DNA from: the human T2T-CHM13v2.0 reference genome, Homo sapiens
DNA length: 64,000 nt
Reading direction: 5' to 3' (one strand)
NCBI RefSeq assembly: GCF_009914755.1
Contig: NC_060939.1
Both the position numbers and the translations under genes were made by a program. A model generated the notes under the pieces. It did not search any database and was not told the origin of the DNA. It saw only the letters and a list, made by a program, of their open reading frames with translations. This document shows, in pieces, positions 1 through 13,749 of this stretch. Within the stretch, counting starts at the first letter, position 1, and every line of letters starts with the position of its first letter.

Positions 1-746
1 ATTCCATTCGATTCCATTCCATACTATTGCATTCCATTCGATTACATTATATTCGAATAAGTTCCATTCAAGACCATTTCTTTTGAGTCCATTCTATTTG
101 AGTCCATTCCCTTTGATTCCATAACATTTGAGTCCATTCAATTCCATTCCTTTCGTTTCCATTCCATTTGATGCCATTCCATTCAATTCTGTTCTACTCG
201 ACTCCAATACATTCAATTCCATTCCATCCGATTCCATTACATTCTTTTCATTTCTTATCCATTTCAAGCCATTCCACTCCATTCCATTCCACTCGTTTCC
301 TTTCCATTCGAGTCCATTCCTCTCCAGTCCATTCCGTTCAATCCATTCCATTCCAGTCCATTCCATTCGAGTCCGTTCCATTCCAGTCCATTCCATTCGA
401 GTCAATTCCATCCCATTCGATGTCTTTCCATAACGATCCATTCCATTCTATTCCTTTCAATTCCATTCCATTCTATTTCATTCCATTCGATTCCCTTCCA
501 TTGGACTCCTTTCCATTCGAGTGCATTCCATTCCGTTCCATTTCTTTCCGTTCTGTACGATTCCTACCGTTCGATTTCATTTTGTTCCAGTCCATTCTTT
601 CGCGTCCATTCCATTCCATTTCACTCCATTCGATTCCATTCCACTCGATTCCACTTCGTTCCATTTCATTGCATTCCATTCTATTCAACTCTATTGCCTT
701 CCATTCCATTCCATTCGATTACATTCCATGCGATTCCATACGAAAT

Positions 747-960
747 CGAATCAATTACATTGCAATCCATAACTATTGAGTCCATTTTATTCCAGTCCAC
801 TGCATTCTGGTCCATTCCATTTGATTACATTCCATTCTATTCCATTCCATACAGTTGCATTCCATTGGATTCCATTCTATATCTATAAATTCAATTCGAG
901 ACCATTGCTTTTGAGTCCATTCTATATGATTCCATTCCATTCAAGTCCATTACATTTGGT
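747..960 (+). repeat. Internal homology block A of the 1.8 kb unit (present in each unit)
   Basis: CGAATCAATTACATTGCAATCCAT ... CCATACAGTTGCATTCC ... GAGACCATTGCTTTTGAGTCCATTCTA; colinear with block B. Confidence 0.85.
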
Positions 961-1701
961 TCAATTCCATTCCATTCCATTCCCTTCCATTCCATTCCAG
1001 GTGATATCAATCCATTCGATTCCATTCCATTCGAGCACATTCCATTCGAGTCCATTCAATTCGATGCCATTCCATTTGGTTCTATTCCATTAGTCTCCAT
1101 TCAATTCCATTAATCTCCATTCCATTCCATTCTACTCCAACTGATTCCATTCCATTCTATTCCTTTCCATTCCATTTCATTCCATTCCATTCCATTTCAT
1201 TCCATTCCATTCCATTCCATTCCATTCGCTTCCATTCCATTCGTGTCCATTCCATTCCAGTCCATTCCATTTGTGTCCACTGCATTCCATTCCACTCCAT
1301 TCCATATTATTCCATTACACTCCATTCCATTCTATTACTTTCATTTCCATTCAATTCCATTCCATTTGATTCCATTCCACTCGGTTTCATTCCATTTGAG
1401 TCCACTCCATTCCATTCCATTCCATTCCATTCAGTTCCATTCCTTTCTGTTCCATTCCATTCCGTTCCATTGCATTCCATTCCATTCGGTACCATTCCAT
1501 ATTGTTCCATTCGATTCCATTCGAATCCATTCCATTCCAGTCCATTCCATTCGATTCCATTCCATTCCTTTCAATTCCATTCCATTCCATTCCATTCCAC
1601 TTGATTCCACTCCATTCCCTTCCACTGCATTCCATTCGATTCCATTCCATTGCATTGCATTCCATTCCATTGGACTGCATTCCATTCGATTCCATTCCAT
1701 T

Positions 1702-1915
1702 CGAATCAATTACATAGCAATCCATTACATTCGAGTCTATTCTATTCCGTTCAATTCGATTTCGTTCCAATCCATTCGATTCCATTCCATTCGATTCCAT
1801 TCCATACTATTGCATTCCATTCGATTACATTATATTCGAATAAGTTCCATTCAAGACCATTTCTTTTGAGTCCATTCTATTTGAGTCCATTCCCTTTGAT
1901 TCCATAACATTTGAG
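1702..1915 (+). repeat. Internal homology block B of the 1.8 kb unit (present in each unit)
   Basis: CGAATCAATTACATAGCAATCCAT ... CCATACTATTGCATTCC ... AAGACCATTTCTTTTGAGTCCATTCTA; same 153 bp landmark spacing as block A. Confidence 0.85.
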
Positions 1916-4900
1916 TCCATTCAATTCCATTCCTTTCGTTTCCATTCCATTTGATGCCATTCCATTCAATTCTGTTCTACTCGACTCCAATACATTCAAT
2001 TCCATTCCATCCGATTCCATTACATTCTTTTCATTTCTTATCCATTTCAAGCCATTCCACTCCATTCCATTCCACTCGTTTCCTTTCCATTCGAGTCCAT
2101 TCCTCTCCAGTCCATTCCGTTCAATCCATTCCATTCCAGTCCATTCCATTCGAGTCCGTTCCATTCCAGTCCATTCCATTCGAGTCAATTCCATCCCATT
2201 CGATGTCTTTCCATAACGATCCATTCCATTCTATTCCTTTCAATTCCATTCCATTCTATTTCATTCCATTCGATTCCCTTCCATTGGACTCCTTTCCATT
2301 CGAGTGCATTCCATTCCGTTCCATTCCTTTCCGTTCTGTACGATTCCTACCGTTCGATTTCATTTTGTTCCAGTCCATTCCTTTCGCGTCCATTCCATTC
2401 CATTTCACTCCATTCGATTCCATTCCACTCGATTCCACTTCGTTCCATTTCATTGCATTCCATTCTATTCAACTCTATTGCCTTCCATTCCATTCCATTC
2501 GATTACATTCCATGCGATTCCATTCGAAATCGAATCAATTACATGGCAATCCATTACTATTGAGTCCGTTTTATTCCAGTCCACTGCATTCTGGTCCATT
2601 CCATTTGATTCCATTCCATTCTATTCCATTCCATACAGTTGCATTCCATTGGATTCCATGCTATATCTATAAATTCAATTCGAGACCATTGCTTTTGAGT
2701 CCATTCTATATGATTCCATTCCATTCAAGTCCATTACATTTGGTTCAATTCCATTCCATTCCATTCCCTTCCATTCCATTCCATTTGATATCAATCCATT
2801 CGATTCCATTATATTCGAGCACATTCAATTCGAGTCCATTCCATTCGATGCCATTCCATTTGATTCTATTCCATTAGTCTCCATTCAATTCCATTAATCT
2901 CCATTCCATTCCATTCTACTCCAACTGATTCCATTCCATTCTATTCCTTTCCATTCCATTTCATTCCATTCCATTCCATTCCATTCCATTCCATTCCATT
3001 CGTGTCCATTCCACTCCAGTCCATTCCATTCGTGTCCATTCCATTCCAGTCCGTTCCATTTGTGTCCACTGCATTCCATTCCACTCCATTCCATATTATT
3101 CCATTACACTCCCTTCCATTCTATCACTTTCATTTCCATTCAATTCCATTCCATTTGATTCCATTCCACTCGGTTTCATTCCATTTGAGTCCACTCCATT
3201 CCATTCCATTGCATTCCATTCAGTTCCATTCCATTCTGTTCCATTCCATTCCGTTCCATTACATTCCATTCCATTCGGTACCATTCCATATTGTTCCATT
3301 CGATTCCATTCGAATCCATTCCATTCCAGTCCATTCCATTCGATTCCATTCCATTCATTTCAATTCCATTCCATTCCATTCCATTACATTCCACTTGATT
3401 CCTCTCCATTCCCTTCCACTGCATTCCGTTCGATTCCATTCCATTGCATTGCATTCCATTCCATTGGATTGCATTCCATTCGATTCCATTCCATTCGAAT
3501 CAATTACATAGCAATCCATTACATTCGAGTCTATTCTCTTCCGTTCCATTCGATTTCGTTCCAATCCATTCGATTCCATTCCATTCGATTCCATTCCATA
3601 CTATTGCATTCCATTCGATTACATTATATTCGAATAAGTTCCATTCAAGACCATTTCTTTTGAGTCCATTCTATTTGAGTCCATTCCCTTTGATTCCATA
3701 ACATTTGAGTCCATTCAATTCCATTCCTTTCGTTTCCATTCCATTTGATGCCATTCCATTCAATTCTGTTCTACTCGACTCCAATACATTCAATTCCATT
3801 CCATCCGATTCCATTACATTCTTTTCATTTCTTATCCATTTCAAGCCATTCCACTCCATTCCATTCCACTCGTTTCCTTTCCATTCGAGTCCATTCCTCT
3901 CCAGTCCATTCCGTTCAATCCATTCCATTCCAGTCCATTCCATTCGAGTCCGTTCCATTCCAGTCCATTCCATTCGAGTCAATTCCATTCCATTCGATGT
4001 CTTTCCATAACGATCCATTCCATTCTATTCCTTTCGATTCCATTCCATTCTATTTCATTCCATTCGATTCCCTTCCATTGGACTCCTTTCCATTCGAGTG
4101 CATTCCATTCCTTTCCATTTCTTTCCGTTCTGTACGATTCCTACCGTTCGATTTCATTTTGTTCCAGTCCATTCCTTTCGCGTCCATTCCATTCCATTTC
4201 ACTCCATTCGATTCCATTCCACTCGATTCCACTTCGTTCCATTTCATTGCATTCCATTCTATTCAACTCTATTGCCTTCCATTCCATTCCATTCGATTAC
4301 ATTCCATGCGATTCCATTCGAAATCGAATCAATTACATTGCAATCCATTACTATTGAGTCCGTTTTATTCCAGTCCACTGCTTTCTGGTCCATTCCATTT
4401 GATTCCATTCCATTCTATTCCATTCCATACAGTTGCATTCCATTGGATTCCATGCTATATCTATAAATTCAATTCGAGACCATTGCTTTTGAGTCCATTC
4501 TATATGATTCCATTCCATTCAAGTCCATTACATTTGGTTCAATTCCATTCCATTCCATTCCCTTCCATTCCATTCCATTTGATATCAATCCATTCGATTC
4601 CATTCCATTCGAGCACATTCCATTCGAGTCCATTCCATTCGATTCCATTCCATTTGATTCTATTCCATTAGTCTCCATTCAATTCCATTAATCTCCATTC
4701 CATTCCATTCTACTCCAACTGATTCCATTCCATTCTATTCCTTTCCATTCCATTTCATTCCATTCCATTCCATTTCATTCCATTCCATTCCATTCGTGTC
4801 CATTCCACTCCAGTCCATTCCATTCGTGTCCATTCCATTCCAGTCCATTCCATTTGTGTCCACTGCATTCCATTCCACTCCATTCCATATTATTCCATTA

Positions 4901-5493
4901 CACTCCATTCCATTCTATTACTTTCATTTCCATTCAATTCCATTCCATTTGATTCCATTCCACTCGGTTTCATTCCATTTGAGTCCACTCCATTCCATTC
5001 CATTCCATTCCATTCAGTTCCATTCCATTCTGTTCCATTCCATTCCGTTCCATTGCATTCCATTCCATTCGGTACCATTCCATATTGTTCCATTCGATTC
5101 CATTCGAATCCATTCCATTCCAGTCCATTCCATTCGATTCCATTCCATTCATTTCAATTCCATTCCATTCTATTCCATTCCACTTGTTTCCACTCCATTC
5201 CCTTCCACTGCATTCCATTCGATTCCATTCCATTGCATTGCATTCCATTCCATTGGACTGCATTCCATTCGATTCCATTCCATTCGAATCAATTACATAG
5301 CAATCCATTACATTCGAGTCTATTCTATTCCGTTCCATTCGATTTCGTTCCAATCCATTCGATTCCATTCCATTCGATTCCATTCCATGCTATTGCATTC
5401 CATTCTATTACATTATATTCGAATAAGTTCCATTCAAGACCATTTCTTTTGAGTCCATTCTATTTGAGTCCATTCCCTTTGATTCCATAACAT

Positions 5494-8400
5494 TTGAGTC
5501 CATTCAATTCCATTCCTTTCGTTTCCATTCCATTTGATGCCATTCCATTCAATTCTGTTCTACTCGACTCCAATACATTCAATTCCATTCCATCCGATTC
5601 CATTACATTCTTTTCATTTCTTATCCATTTCAAGTCATTCCACTCCATTCCATTCCACTCGTTTCCTTTCCATTCGAGTCCATTCCTCTCCAGTCCATTC
5701 CGTTCAATCCATTCCATTCCAGTCCATTCCATTCCAGTCCGTTCCATTCCAGACCATTCCATTCGAGTCAATTCCATTCCATTCGATGTCTTTCCATAAC
5801 GATCCATTCCATTCTATTCCTTTCGATTCCATTCCATTCTATTTCATTCCATTCGATTCCCTTCCATTGGACTCCTTTCCATTCGAGTGCATTCCATTCC
5901 GTTCCATTTCTTTCCGTTCTGTACGATTCGTACCGTTCGATTTCATTTTGTTCCAGTCCATTCCTTTCGCGTCCATTCCATTCCATTTCACTCCATTCGA
6001 TTCCATTCCACTCGATTCCACTTCGTTCCATTTCATTGCATTCCATTCTATTCAACTCTATTGCCTTCCATTCCATTCCATTCGATTACATTCCATGCGA
6101 TTCCATTCGAAATCGAATCAATTACATTGCAATCCATTACTATTGAGTCCGTTTTATTCCAGTCCACTGCATTCTGGTCCATTCCATTTGATTCCATTCC
6201 ATTCTATTCCATTCCATACAGTTGCATTCCTTTGGATTCCATGCTATATTTATAAATTCAATTCGAGACCATTGCTTTTGAGTCCATTCTATATGATTCC
6301 ATTCCATTCAAGTCCATTACATTTGGTTCAATTCCATTCCATTCCATTCCCTTCCATTCCATTCCAGTTGATATCAATCCATTCGATTCCATTCCATTCG
6401 AGCACATTCCATTCGAGTCCATTCCATTCGATGCCATTCCATTTGATTCTATTCCATTAGTCTCCATTCAATTCCATTAATCTCCATTCCATTCCATTCT
6501 ACTCCAACAGATTCCATTCCATTCTATTCCTTTCCATTCCATTTCATTCCATTCCATTCCATTTCATTCCATTCCATTCCATTCGCTTCCATTCCATTCG
6601 TGTCCATTCTACTCCAGTCCATTCCATTCGTGTCCATTCCATTCCAGTCCATTCCATTTGTGTCCACTGCATTCCATTCCACTCCATTCCATATTATTCC
6701 ATTACACTCCATTCCATTCTATTACTTTCATTTCCATTCAATTCCATTCCATTTGATTCCATTCCACTCGGTTTCATTCCATTTGAGTCCACTCCATTCC
6801 ATTCCATTCCATTCCATTCAGTTCCATTCCATTCTGTTCCATTCCATTCTGTTCCATTGCATTCCATTCCATTCGGTACCATTCCATATTGTTCCATTTG
6901 ATTCCATTCGAATCCATTCCATTCCAGTCCATTCCATTCGATTCCATTCCATTCCTTTCAATTCCATTCCATTCCATTCCATTCCACTTGATTCCACTCC
7001 ATTCCCTTCCACTGCATTCCATTCGATTCCATTCCATTGCATTGCATTCCATTCCATTGGACTGCATTCCATTCGATTCCATTCCATGCGAATCAATTAC
7101 ATAGCAATCCATTACATTCGAGTCTATTCTATTCCGTTCCATTCGATTTCGTTCCAATCCATTCGATTCCATTCCATTCGATTCCATTCCATACTATTGC
7201 ATTCCATTCGATTACATTATATTCGAATAAGTTCCATTCAAGACCATTTCTTTTGAGTCCATTCTATTTGAGTCCATTCCCTTTGATTCCATAACATTTG
7301 AGTCCATTCAATTCCATTCCTTTCGTTTCCATTCCATTTGATGCCATTCCATTCAATTCTGTTCTACTCGACTCCAATACATTCAATTCCATTCCATCCG
7401 ATTCCATTACATTCTTTTCATTTCTTATCCATTTCAAGTCATTCCACTCCATTCCATTCCACTCGTTTCCTTTCCATTCGAGTCCATTCCTCTCCAGTCC
7501 ATTCCGTTCAATCCATTCCATTCCAGTCCATTCCATTCGAGTCCGTTCCATTCCAGTCCATTCCATTCGAGTCAATTCCATTCCATTCGATGTTTTCCAT
7601 AACGATCCATTCCATTCTATTCCTTTCGATTCCATTCCATTCTATTTCATTCCATTCGATTCCCTTCCATTGGACTCCTTTCCATTCGAGTGCATTCCAT
7701 TCCGTTCCATTTCTTTCCGTTCTGTACGATTCCTACCGTTCGTTTTCATTTTGTTCCAGTCCATTCCTTTCGCGTCCATTCCATTCCATTTCACTCCATT
7801 CGATTCCATTCCACTCGATTCCACTTCGTTCCATTTCATTGCATTCCATTCTATTCAACTCTATTGCCTTCCATTCCATTCCATTTGATTACATTCCATG
7901 CGATTCCATTCGAAATCGAATCAATTACATTGCAATCCATTACAATTGAGTCCGTTTTATTCCAGTCCACTGCATTCTGGTCCATTCCATTTGATTCCAT
8001 TCCATTCTATTCCATTCCATACAGTTGCATTCCTTTGGATTCCATGCTATATTTATAAATTCAATTCGAGACCATTGCTTTTGAGTCCATTCTATATGAT
8101 TCCATTCCATTCAAGTCCATTACATTTGGTTCAATTCCATTCCATTCCATTCCCTTCCATTCCATTCCAGTTGATATCAATCCATTCGATTCCATTCCAT
8201 TCGAGCACATTCCATTCGAGTCCATTCCATTCGATGCCATTCCATTTGATTCTATTCCATTAGTCTCCATTCAATTCCATTAATCTCCATTCCATTCCAT
8301 TCTACTCCAACTGATTCCATTCCATTCTATTCCTTTCCATTCCATTTCATTCCATTCCATTCCATTCCATTCCATTCCATTCCATTCCATTCCATTCGTG

Positions 8401-11250
8401 TCCATTCCACTCCAGTCCATTCCATTCGTGTCCATTCCATTCCAGTCCATTCCATTTGTGACCACTGCATTCCATTCCACTCCATTCCATATTATTCCAT
8501 TACACTCCATTCCATTCTATCACTTTCATTTCCATTCAATTCCATTCCATTTGATTCCATTCCACTCGGTTTCATTCCATTTGAGTCCACTCCATTCCAT
8601 TCCATTCCATTCCATTCAGTTCCATTCCATTCTGTTCCATTCCATTCCGTTCCATTACATTCCATTCCATTCGGTACCATTCCATATTGTTCCATTCGAT
8701 TCCATTCGAATCCATTCCATTCCAGTCCATTCCATTCGATTCCATTCCATTCATTTCAATTCCATTCCATTCCATTCCATTACATTCCACTTGATTCCTC
8801 TCCATTCCCTTCCACTGCATTCCGTTCGATTCCATTCCATTGCATTGCATTCCATTCCATTGGACTGCATTCCATTCGATTCCATTGCATTCGAATCAAT
8901 TACATAGCAATCCATTACATTCGAGTCTATTCTATTCCGTTCCATTCGATTTCGTTCCAATCCATTCGATTCCATTACATTCGATTCCATTCCATACTAT
9001 TGCATTCCATTCGATTACATTGTATTCGAATAAGTTCCATTCAAGACCATTTCTTTTGAGTCCATTCTATTTGAGTCCATTCCCTTTGATTCCATAACAT
9101 TTGAGTCCATTCAATTCCATTCCTTTCGTTTCCATTCCATTTGATGCCATTCCATTCAATTCTGTTCTACTCGACTCCAATACATTCAATTCCATTCCAT
9201 CTGATTCCATTACATTCTTTTCATTTCTTATCCATTTCAAGTCATTCCACTCCATTCCATTCCACTCGTTTCCTTTCCATTCGAGTCCATTCCTCTCCAG
9301 TCCATTCCGTTCAATCCATTCCATTCCAGTCCATTCCATTCCAGTCCGTTCCATTCCAGACCATTCCATTCGAGTCAATTCCATTCCATTCGATGTCTTT
9401 CCATAACGATCCATTCCATTCTATTCCTTTCGATTCCATTCCATTCTATTTCATTCCATTCGATTCCCTTCCATTGGACTCCTTTCCATTCGAGTGCATT
9501 CCATTCCGTACCATTTCTTTCCGTTCTGTACGATTCGTACCGTTCGATTTCATTTTGTTCCAGTCCATTCCTTTCGCGTCCATTCCATTCCATTTCACTC
9601 CATTCGATTCCATTCCACTCGATTCCACTTCGTTCCATTTCATTGCATTCCATTCTATTCAACTCTATTGCCTTCCATTCCATTCCATTCGATTACATTC
9701 CATGCGATTCCATTCGAAATCGAATCAATTACATTGCAATCCATTACAATTGAGTCCGTTTTATTCCAGTCCACTGCATTCTGGTCCATTCCATTTGATT
9801 CCATTCCATTCTATTCCATTCCATACAGTTGCATTCCTTTGGATTCCATGCTATATTTATAAATTCAATTCGAGACCATTGCTTTTGAGTCCATTCTATA
9901 TGATTCCATTCCATTCAAGTCCATTACATTTGGTTCAATTCCATTCCATTCCATTCCCTTCCATTCCATTCCACTTGATATCAATCCATTCGATTCCATT
10001 CCATTCGAGCACATTCCATTCGAGTCCATTCCATTCGATGCCATTCCATTTGATTCTATTCCATTAGTCTCCATTCAATTCCATTAATCTCCATTCCATT
10101 CCATTCTACTCCAACTGATTCCATTCCATTCTATTCCTTTCCATTCCATTTCATTCCATTCCATTCCATTTCATTCCATTCCATTCCATTCGCTTCCATT
10201 CCATTCGTGTCCATTCCACTCCAGTCCATTCCATTCGTGTCCATTCCATTCCAGTCCATTCCATTTGTGTCCACTGCATTCCATTCCACTCCATTCCATA
10301 TTATTCCATTACACTCCATTCCATTCTATTACTTTCATTTCCATTCAATTCCATTCCATTTGATTCCATTCCACTCGGTTTCATTCCATTTGAGTCCACT
10401 CCATTCCATTCCATTCCATTCCATTCAGTTCCATTCCATTCTGTTCCATTCCATTCCGTTCCATTGCATTCCATTCCATTCGGTACCATTCCATATTGTT
10501 CCATTTGATTCCATTCGAATCCATTCCATTCCAGTCCATTCCATTCGATTCCATTCCATTCCTTTCAATTCCATTCCATTCCATTCCATTCCACTTGATT
10601 CCACTCCATTCCCTTCCACTGCATTCCATTCGATTCCATTCCATTGCATTGCATTCCATTCCATTGGACTGCATTCCATTCGATTCCATTCCATGCGAAT
10701 CAATTACATAGCAATCCATTACATTCGAGTCTATTCTATTCCGTTCCATTCGATTTCGTTCCAATCCATTCGATTCCATTCCATTCGATTCCATTCCATA
10801 CTATTGCATTCCATTCGATTACATTATATTCGAATAAGTTCCATTCAAGACCATTTCTTTTGAGTCCATTCTATTTGAGTCCATTCCCTTTGATTCCATA
10901 ACATTTGAGTCCATTCAATTCCATTCCTTTCGTTTCCATTCCATTTGATGCCATTCCATTCAATTCTGTTCTACTCGACTCCAATACATTCAATTCCATT
11001 CCATCCGATTCCATTACATTCTTTTCATTTCTTATCCATTTCAAGCCATTCCACTCCATTCCATTCCACTCGTTTCCTTTCCATTCGAGTCCATTCCTCT
11101 CCAGTCCATTCCGTTCAATCCATTCCATTCCAGTCCATTCCATTCGAGTCCGTTCCATTCCAGTCCATTCCATTCGAGTCAATTCCATTCCATTCGATGT
11201 TTTCCATAACGATCCATTCCATTCTATTCCTTTCGATTCCATTCCATTCT
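5494..11250 (+). repeat. Two-unit higher-order duplication, period 3607 bp
   Basis: Private variants recur 3607 bp apart: CCAGACC (~5750/9357), GATTCGTACC (~5928/9535), CCATGCGAATC (~7084/10691) and the 1-bp deletion GATGTTTTCC (~7591/11198). Confidence 0.85.
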
Positions 11251-13749
11251 ATTTCATTCCATTCGATTCCCTTCCATTGGCCTCCTTTCCATTCGAGTGC
11301 ATTCCATTCCGTTCCATTTCTTTCCGTTCTGTACGTTTCCTACCGTTCGATTTCATTTTGTTCCAGTCCATTCCTTTCGCGTCCATTCCATTCCATTTCA
11401 CTCCATTCGATTCCATTCCACTCGATTCCACTTCGTTCCATTTCATTGCATTCCATTCTATTCAACTCTATTGCCTTCCATTCCATTCCATTCGATTACA
11501 TTCCATGCGATTCCATTCGAAATCGAATCAATTACATTGCAATCCATTACTATTGAGTCCATTTTATTCCAGTCCACTGCATTCTGGTCCATTCCATTTG
11601 ATTCCATTCCATTCTATTCCATTCCATACAGTTGCATTCCATTGGATTCCATTCTATATCTATAAATTCAATTCGAGACCATTGCTTTTGAGTCCATTCT
11701 ATATGATTCCATTCCATTCAAGTCCATTACATTTGGTTCAATTCCATTCCATTCCATTCCCTTCCATTCCATTCCAGTTGATATCAATCCATTCGATTCC
11801 ATTCCATTCGAGCACATTCCATTCCAGTCCATTCCATTCGATGCCATTCCATTTGATTCTATTCCATTAGTCTCCATTCAATTCCATTAATCTCCATTCC
11901 ATTCCATTCTACTCCAACTGATTCCATTCCATTCTATTCCTTTCCATTCCATTTCATTCCATTCCATTCCATTTCATTCCATTCCATTCCATTCCATTCC
12001 ATTCGCTTCCATTCCATTCGTGTCCATTCCATTCCAGTCCATTCCATTTGTGTCCACTGCATTCCATTCCACTCCATTCCATATTATTCCATTACACTCC
12101 ATTCCATTCTATTACTTTCATTTCCATTCAATTCCATTCCATTTGATTCCATTCCACTCGGTTTCATTCCATTTGAGTCCACTCCATTCCATTCCATTCC
12201 ATTCAGTTCCATTCCATTCTGTTCCATTCCATTCCGTTCCATTACATTCCATTCCATTCGGTACCATTCCATATTGTTCCATTCGATTCCATTCGAATCC
12301 ATTCCATTCCAGTCCATTCCATTCGATTCCATTCCATTCATTTCAATTCCATTCCATTCCATTCCATTACATTCCACTTGATTCCTCTCCATTCCCTTCC
12401 ACTGCATTCCGTTCGATTCCATTCCATTGCATTGCATTCCATTCCATTGGATTGCATTCCATTCGATTCCATTCCATTCGAATCAATTACATAGCAATCC
12501 ATTACATTCGAGTCTATTCTATTCCGTTCCATTCGATTTCGTTCCAATCCATTCGATTCCATTCCATTCGATTCCATTCCATACTATTGCATTCCATTCG
12601 ATTACATTATATTCGAATAAGTTCCATTCAAGACCATTTCTTTTGAGTCCATTCTATTTGAGTCCATTCCCTTTGATTCCATAACATTTGAGTCCATTCA
12701 ATTCCATTCCTTTCGTTTCCATTCCATTTGATGCCATTCCATTCAATTCTGTTCTACTCGACTCCAATACATTCAATTCCATTCCATCCGATTCCATTAC
12801 ATTCTTTTCATTTCTTATCCATTTCAAGCCATTCCACTCCATTCCATTCCACTCGTTTCCTTTCCATTCGAGTCCATTCCTCTCCAGTCCATTCCGTTCA
12901 ATCCATTCCATTCCAGTCCATTCCATTCGAGTCCGTTCCATTCCAGTCCATTCCATTCGAGTCAATTCCATTCCATTCGATGTCTTTCCATAACGATCCA
13001 TTCCATTCTATTCCTTTCGATTCCATTCCATTCTATTTCATTCCATTCGATTCCCTTCCATTGGACTCCTTTCCATTCGAGTGCATTCCATTCCGTTCCA
13101 TTTCTTTCCGTTCTGTACGATTCCTACCGTTCGATTTCATTTTGTTCCAGTCCATTCCTTTCGGGTCCATTCCATTCCATTTCACTCCATTCGATTCCAT
13201 TCCACTCGATTCCACTTCGTTCCATTTCATTGCATTCCATTCTATTCAACTCTATTGCCTTCCATTCCATTCCATTCGATTACATTCCATGCGATTCCAT
13301 TCGAAATCGAATCAATTACATTGCAATCCATTACTATTGAGTCCGTTTTATTCCAGTCCACTGCATTCTGGTCCATTCCATTTGATTCCATTCCATTCTA
13401 TTCCATTCCATACAGTTGCATTCCATTGGATTCCATGCTATATGTATAAATTCAATTCGAGACCATTGCTTTTGAGTCCATTCTATATGATTCCATTCCA
13501 TTCAAGTCCATTACATTTGGTTCAATTCCATTCCATTCCATTCCCTTCCATTCCATTCCATTTGATATCAATCCATTCGATTCCATTCCATTCGAGCACA
13601 TTCCATTCTAGTCCATTCCATTCGATGCCATTCCATTTGATTCTATTCCATTAGTCTCCATTCAATTCCATTAATCTCCATTCCATTCCATTCTACTCCA
13701 ACTGATTCCATTCCATTCTATTCCTTTCCATTCCATTTCATTCCATTCC

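Noticed and set aside
51-65. Canonical heat-shock element at TTCGAATAAGTTC
   Set aside because: The spacing does not fit nTTCnnGAAnnTTCn. Only trivial direct (step-type) TTC repeats arise from the pentamer.
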